Of a stretch of 56,026 nt of DNA, positions 53,622-56,026 are shown piece by piece. A program made the translations under genes and the position numbers. Position 1 is the first letter of the stretch. The number at the start of each line of letters is the position of its first letter. The stretch comes from a bacterium. GTDB lineage: Bacteria; Patescibacteriota; Doudnabacteria; UBA920. The stretch covers positions 1-56,026 of the forward strand of contig JAJZRC010000002.1 of the NCBI GenBank assembly GCA_021847435.1, in the 5' to 3' direction. Under the pieces are notes generated by a model that was not told the origin of the DNA, searched no databases, and saw only the letters and a program-made list of their open reading frames with translations.

Positions 53622-54140
53622 TTATTTTCGATAGCCCCTTATCGGCATTAAGTATTTTTTGGGGTTGTCGTCAAGATCAATGAAATAATCGGTCAATTCC
53701 TTGATTTTTCCGCTGCAACTTTTGCCAAAAGCCACGGTTTCGGTGAACTGGCCGGACATTTGCAGGTATTCCAATAGGGGCGCGTAGTCCCCGTCCCCGC
53801 TGCAGAGAACCACCACGTCGAGTTTTTGCATGAGTTTGACTATATCCATGGCAATTCCCACGTCCCAATCACCTTTTTGATGCCCCCCGGCGAAGGTTTG
53901 AAGTTCTTTTCTTTTTACCTCAAACCCGGCTTTTTCCAGGGCTTCAAAAAAACTTTCTTCCTCCGGCATATTGGCTTCCACTACGTAAGCAATGGCGCGG
54001 ATCAGCTTTCTGCCGGCAACGGCAGCGTTTAATACCTCGTTAAATTTTACCCGTGCCTGGTAGATGTTGCGGGCGGAATAGTATAAATTCTGCACGTCAA
54101 CGAACACTCCGACCCTCTGGTCTTGGTTTCTGATGCTCAT
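53622..54140 (-). CDS. NYN/LabA-like domain protein (putative ribonuclease)
   Basis: 172 aa. Has VGVFVDVQNLYY and VVVLCSGDGDYAPLL motifs. Confidence 0.75.
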   Translation of the reverse strand: MSIRNQDQRVGVFVDVQNLYYSARNIYQARVKFNEVLNAAVAGRKLIRAIAYVVEANMPEEESFFEALEKAGFEVKRKELQTFAGGHQKGDWDVGIAMDIVKLMQKLDVVVLCSGDGDYAPLLEYLQMSGQFTETVAFGKSCSGKIKELTDYFIDLDDNPKKYLMPIRGYRK

Positions 54141-54153
54141 ATATATTATTTAA

Positions 54154-55164
54154 TTATTCTAACAATTTTTGTTCCTCAGCTTCTGCCAGCTTCAAGCTGG
54201 CCGCGTTTTGTATGCTCATTTGCAGCTTTAAAAAGTCCCCGTTAACCGTACCCATGGAATTGCCGGCATTGACTATGTGTTTGCCTAAAATTTCCAGATT
54301 CCTGCCGAATTTATCCGACTCCTGCTTAATGCCGGTAATCATTGCCAGTATTTGCTGGGCCATTTTGTTTATTTCCTGCCCGCGCAGAGAGACTACGATG
54401 TTTTGCAAATAAATGAACAAGCTGTTCGGGGAAACGGGCATCACCCGCTTGTTGCGGGCGTAAATGTTAATATCGTCTTCCAAAATTATTTCCTGGTATA
54501 TGCCCTCGCCGGGCACGTACATCAGCGCAAAATCAAAAGTCCCCTCTTGCGGCAGAATGTATTTTTTATGGATTTCATCGATGCGTTTTTTTACGTCTTT
54601 TAAAAACGCCTTTTTCAAAGTTTCGGTTGACTCTTCTGTTTTGGCCTCCTTCATCAAACGAAAATTTTCCATGGAAAATTTGCTGTCTACCGGCAGAATC
54701 ATCTCTCCGACCCTGACAATCGCGTCTACCGTTTCGCCATTTTTAAATTTAAATTGCATGGCGTAGGATGATTGGGGCAAAACCTGGGAAAGCATATTTT
54801 CAAGCATTTCCTCGCCGAAATTGCCGCGCGCCTTGGGGCTCGCCAAAACCTCCGAAAGCCTGCGTACGTCCGGCCCGATTTGCGTTACCACGCCAATGTC
54901 CTGCTGCAGTTTGCCAATTACCCTGGCCGCTTCGGTCAGCCGGTCATTGATTTGCTTATTGGTTTCGTGGATATTCTTTTGGGTCTGTTCCCTGTCCTGC
55001 TGCACGTCCTGCTTAATTTCCTTCATCCAGTCCATCATGACTTTTAAAGTCTGGTCTTCAGGCGGTTTTTGCCCCTGTTTTTTCAGTTCCAGCAAAAAAT
55101 AAATGGCCAGGCCAAAGCCTATGACCAATATGCCCAAAATTGCGTAGATTATAGCGGTATTCAT
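54154..55164 (-). CDS. rmuC: DNA recombination protein RmuC
   Basis: N-terminal TM plus coiled coil, KARGNFGEEMLE, DAIV...LPVDSKF and ALMYVPGE. ATG at 55164 (alternative TTG at 55182). Confidence 0.85.
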   Translation of the reverse strand: MNTAIIYAILGILVIGFGLAIYFLLELKKQGQKPPEDQTLKVMMDWMKEIKQDVQQDREQTQKNIHETNKQINDRLTEAARVIGKLQQDIGVVTQIGPDVRRLSEVLASPKARGNFGEEMLENMLSQVLPQSSYAMQFKFKNGETVDAIVRVGEMILPVDSKFSMENFRLMKEAKTEESTETLKKAFLKDVKKRIDEIHKKYILPQEGTFDFALMYVPGEGIYQEIILEDDINIYARNKRVMPVSPNSLFIYLQNIVVSLRGQEINKMAQQILAMITGIKQESDKFGRNLEILGKHIVNAGNSMGTVNGDFLKLQMSIQNAASLKLAEAEEQKLLE

Positions 55165-55260
55165 GAGTTGATTGTACCACAAAATCCCTGTATTTAAAAA
55201 TCAATCATCGGCGACTTCAAACCACTAACACAAAACCGGAAAAACCTTTAAGGTGAAAGC

Positions 55261-56026
55261 ATGAACAAATACAAAAGGTTAAATATGCAGGATCGTGAGG
55301 AAATCAGCAGGGGCCTGTCCGCGGGTTGGACATTTACCCACATAGCCCATAATATCAACAGGCCGGTATCTACGGTCTCCGATGAAGTTTGGAAGAACTG
55401 CGAGTACAAAAGAACCTACCGCGCAGGCAAAGCCCAGGAAAAATCCGATTCGGTTAAAGTTAGGAAAAAACAAAGTAAGAAACTGGACCAGGAAGGGCCT
55501 TTAAAAGATTACGTAATAAAACACTTGTGCCTGGAATGGTCGCCTGATGAAATTGCCAAGCGTCTCAAGGTCGACTATCCTACAGACATGGCCATGCAAA
55601 TTTCCCATGAAAGCATTTACACTTACATATACTGCCTGCCCAGAGGCGGATTGAAAAAAGAGTTAATGAAAGGCTTAAGGCAGGAGCGGAAGTTTCGGCA
55701 TAACCGCAAAGCCATTCACGCCCAAAGGGGTGTAATTCAGGACTTTATCAGCATTTCCGAGCGTCCGGCGGAAACATTAAGCCGGACAATTCCCGGACAC
55801 TGGGAGGGCGACCTCATTGTTGGCAAGGACGGACTGTCCGCCATCGGCACGCTGGTAGAGCGAATGACCAGATACCTGCTAATTGTTCCTTTAGATAAAA
55901 AAGATGCCGCCAGTGTCCGCGTGGCCTTTGCAAAGGCAGTTAAAAATATTCCAAGGCGATTAAAGAAAACTTTAACTTATGACAGGGGCAGTGAAATGGC
56001 CGAGCATAGATTATTCCTAAAAGAAA
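55261..56026 (+). mobile_element. IS30-family transposase gene, 3' end beyond the window
   Basis: Hand translation gives MNKYKRLNMQDREEISRGLSAGW (HTH), WSPDEIAKRL, GHWEGDLIVG and YDRGSEM, which is the IS30 DDE pattern. It is missing from the ORF track because no stop is reached. The left inverted repeat was not located. Confidence 0.8.

Overview
This 56 kb window is a densely packed bacterial chromosomal segment, and most of it is housekeeping genes. Translation and tRNA genes: rpmG, rpmE, rplY, rplU, rpsB, tsf, prfA/prmC, thrS, cysS, serS, lysS, pheS, map, truB, and four canonical tRNA genes. Replication and repair: dnaE, dnaB, gyrB, recR, rmuC, and a UvrD-type helicase fused to a RecB-type nuclease. 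Others include greA, ahcY, two tandem adenylate-kinase homologues and an FtsW/RodA + FtsQ-like pair. There is also an envelope-glycan block (MraY/WecA-like GT4, a processive GT2, two GT-C enzymes). The gene style (short EF-Ts, ThrRS without a TGS domain, archaeal-type UMP kinase, pilin-like domain proteins, very short intergenic gaps) resembles streamlined CPR/Patescibacteria-like genomes. That placement is inference only. I saw no CRISPR array, rRNA or prophage. Items the ORF track does not explain: (1) a ~164 bp MITE-like element with 12 bp terminal inverted repeats in three copies, one of which splits a NUDIX gene; removing exactly 163 nt restores its frame. (2) A promoter-to-terminator unit of ~320 nt with no ORF and strong hairpin potential (candidate ncRNA), next to a GC-rich operon of three unannotated micro-ORFs (39/53/56 aa membrane peptides). 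(3) A complete tRNA-Tyr gene nested between the 5' two-thirds and the 3' acceptor end of a second tRNA-Tyr-like gene. (4) A tightly coupled minus-strand run rmuC - NYN - 137 aa - PIN - helicase/nuclease beside an IS30-family transposase; this is my best candidate for an accessory nucleic-acid-targeting module. (5) Several small hairpin and palindrome repeat families. All calls come from reading the sequence and recalling protein-family motifs. No database search or computation was run.
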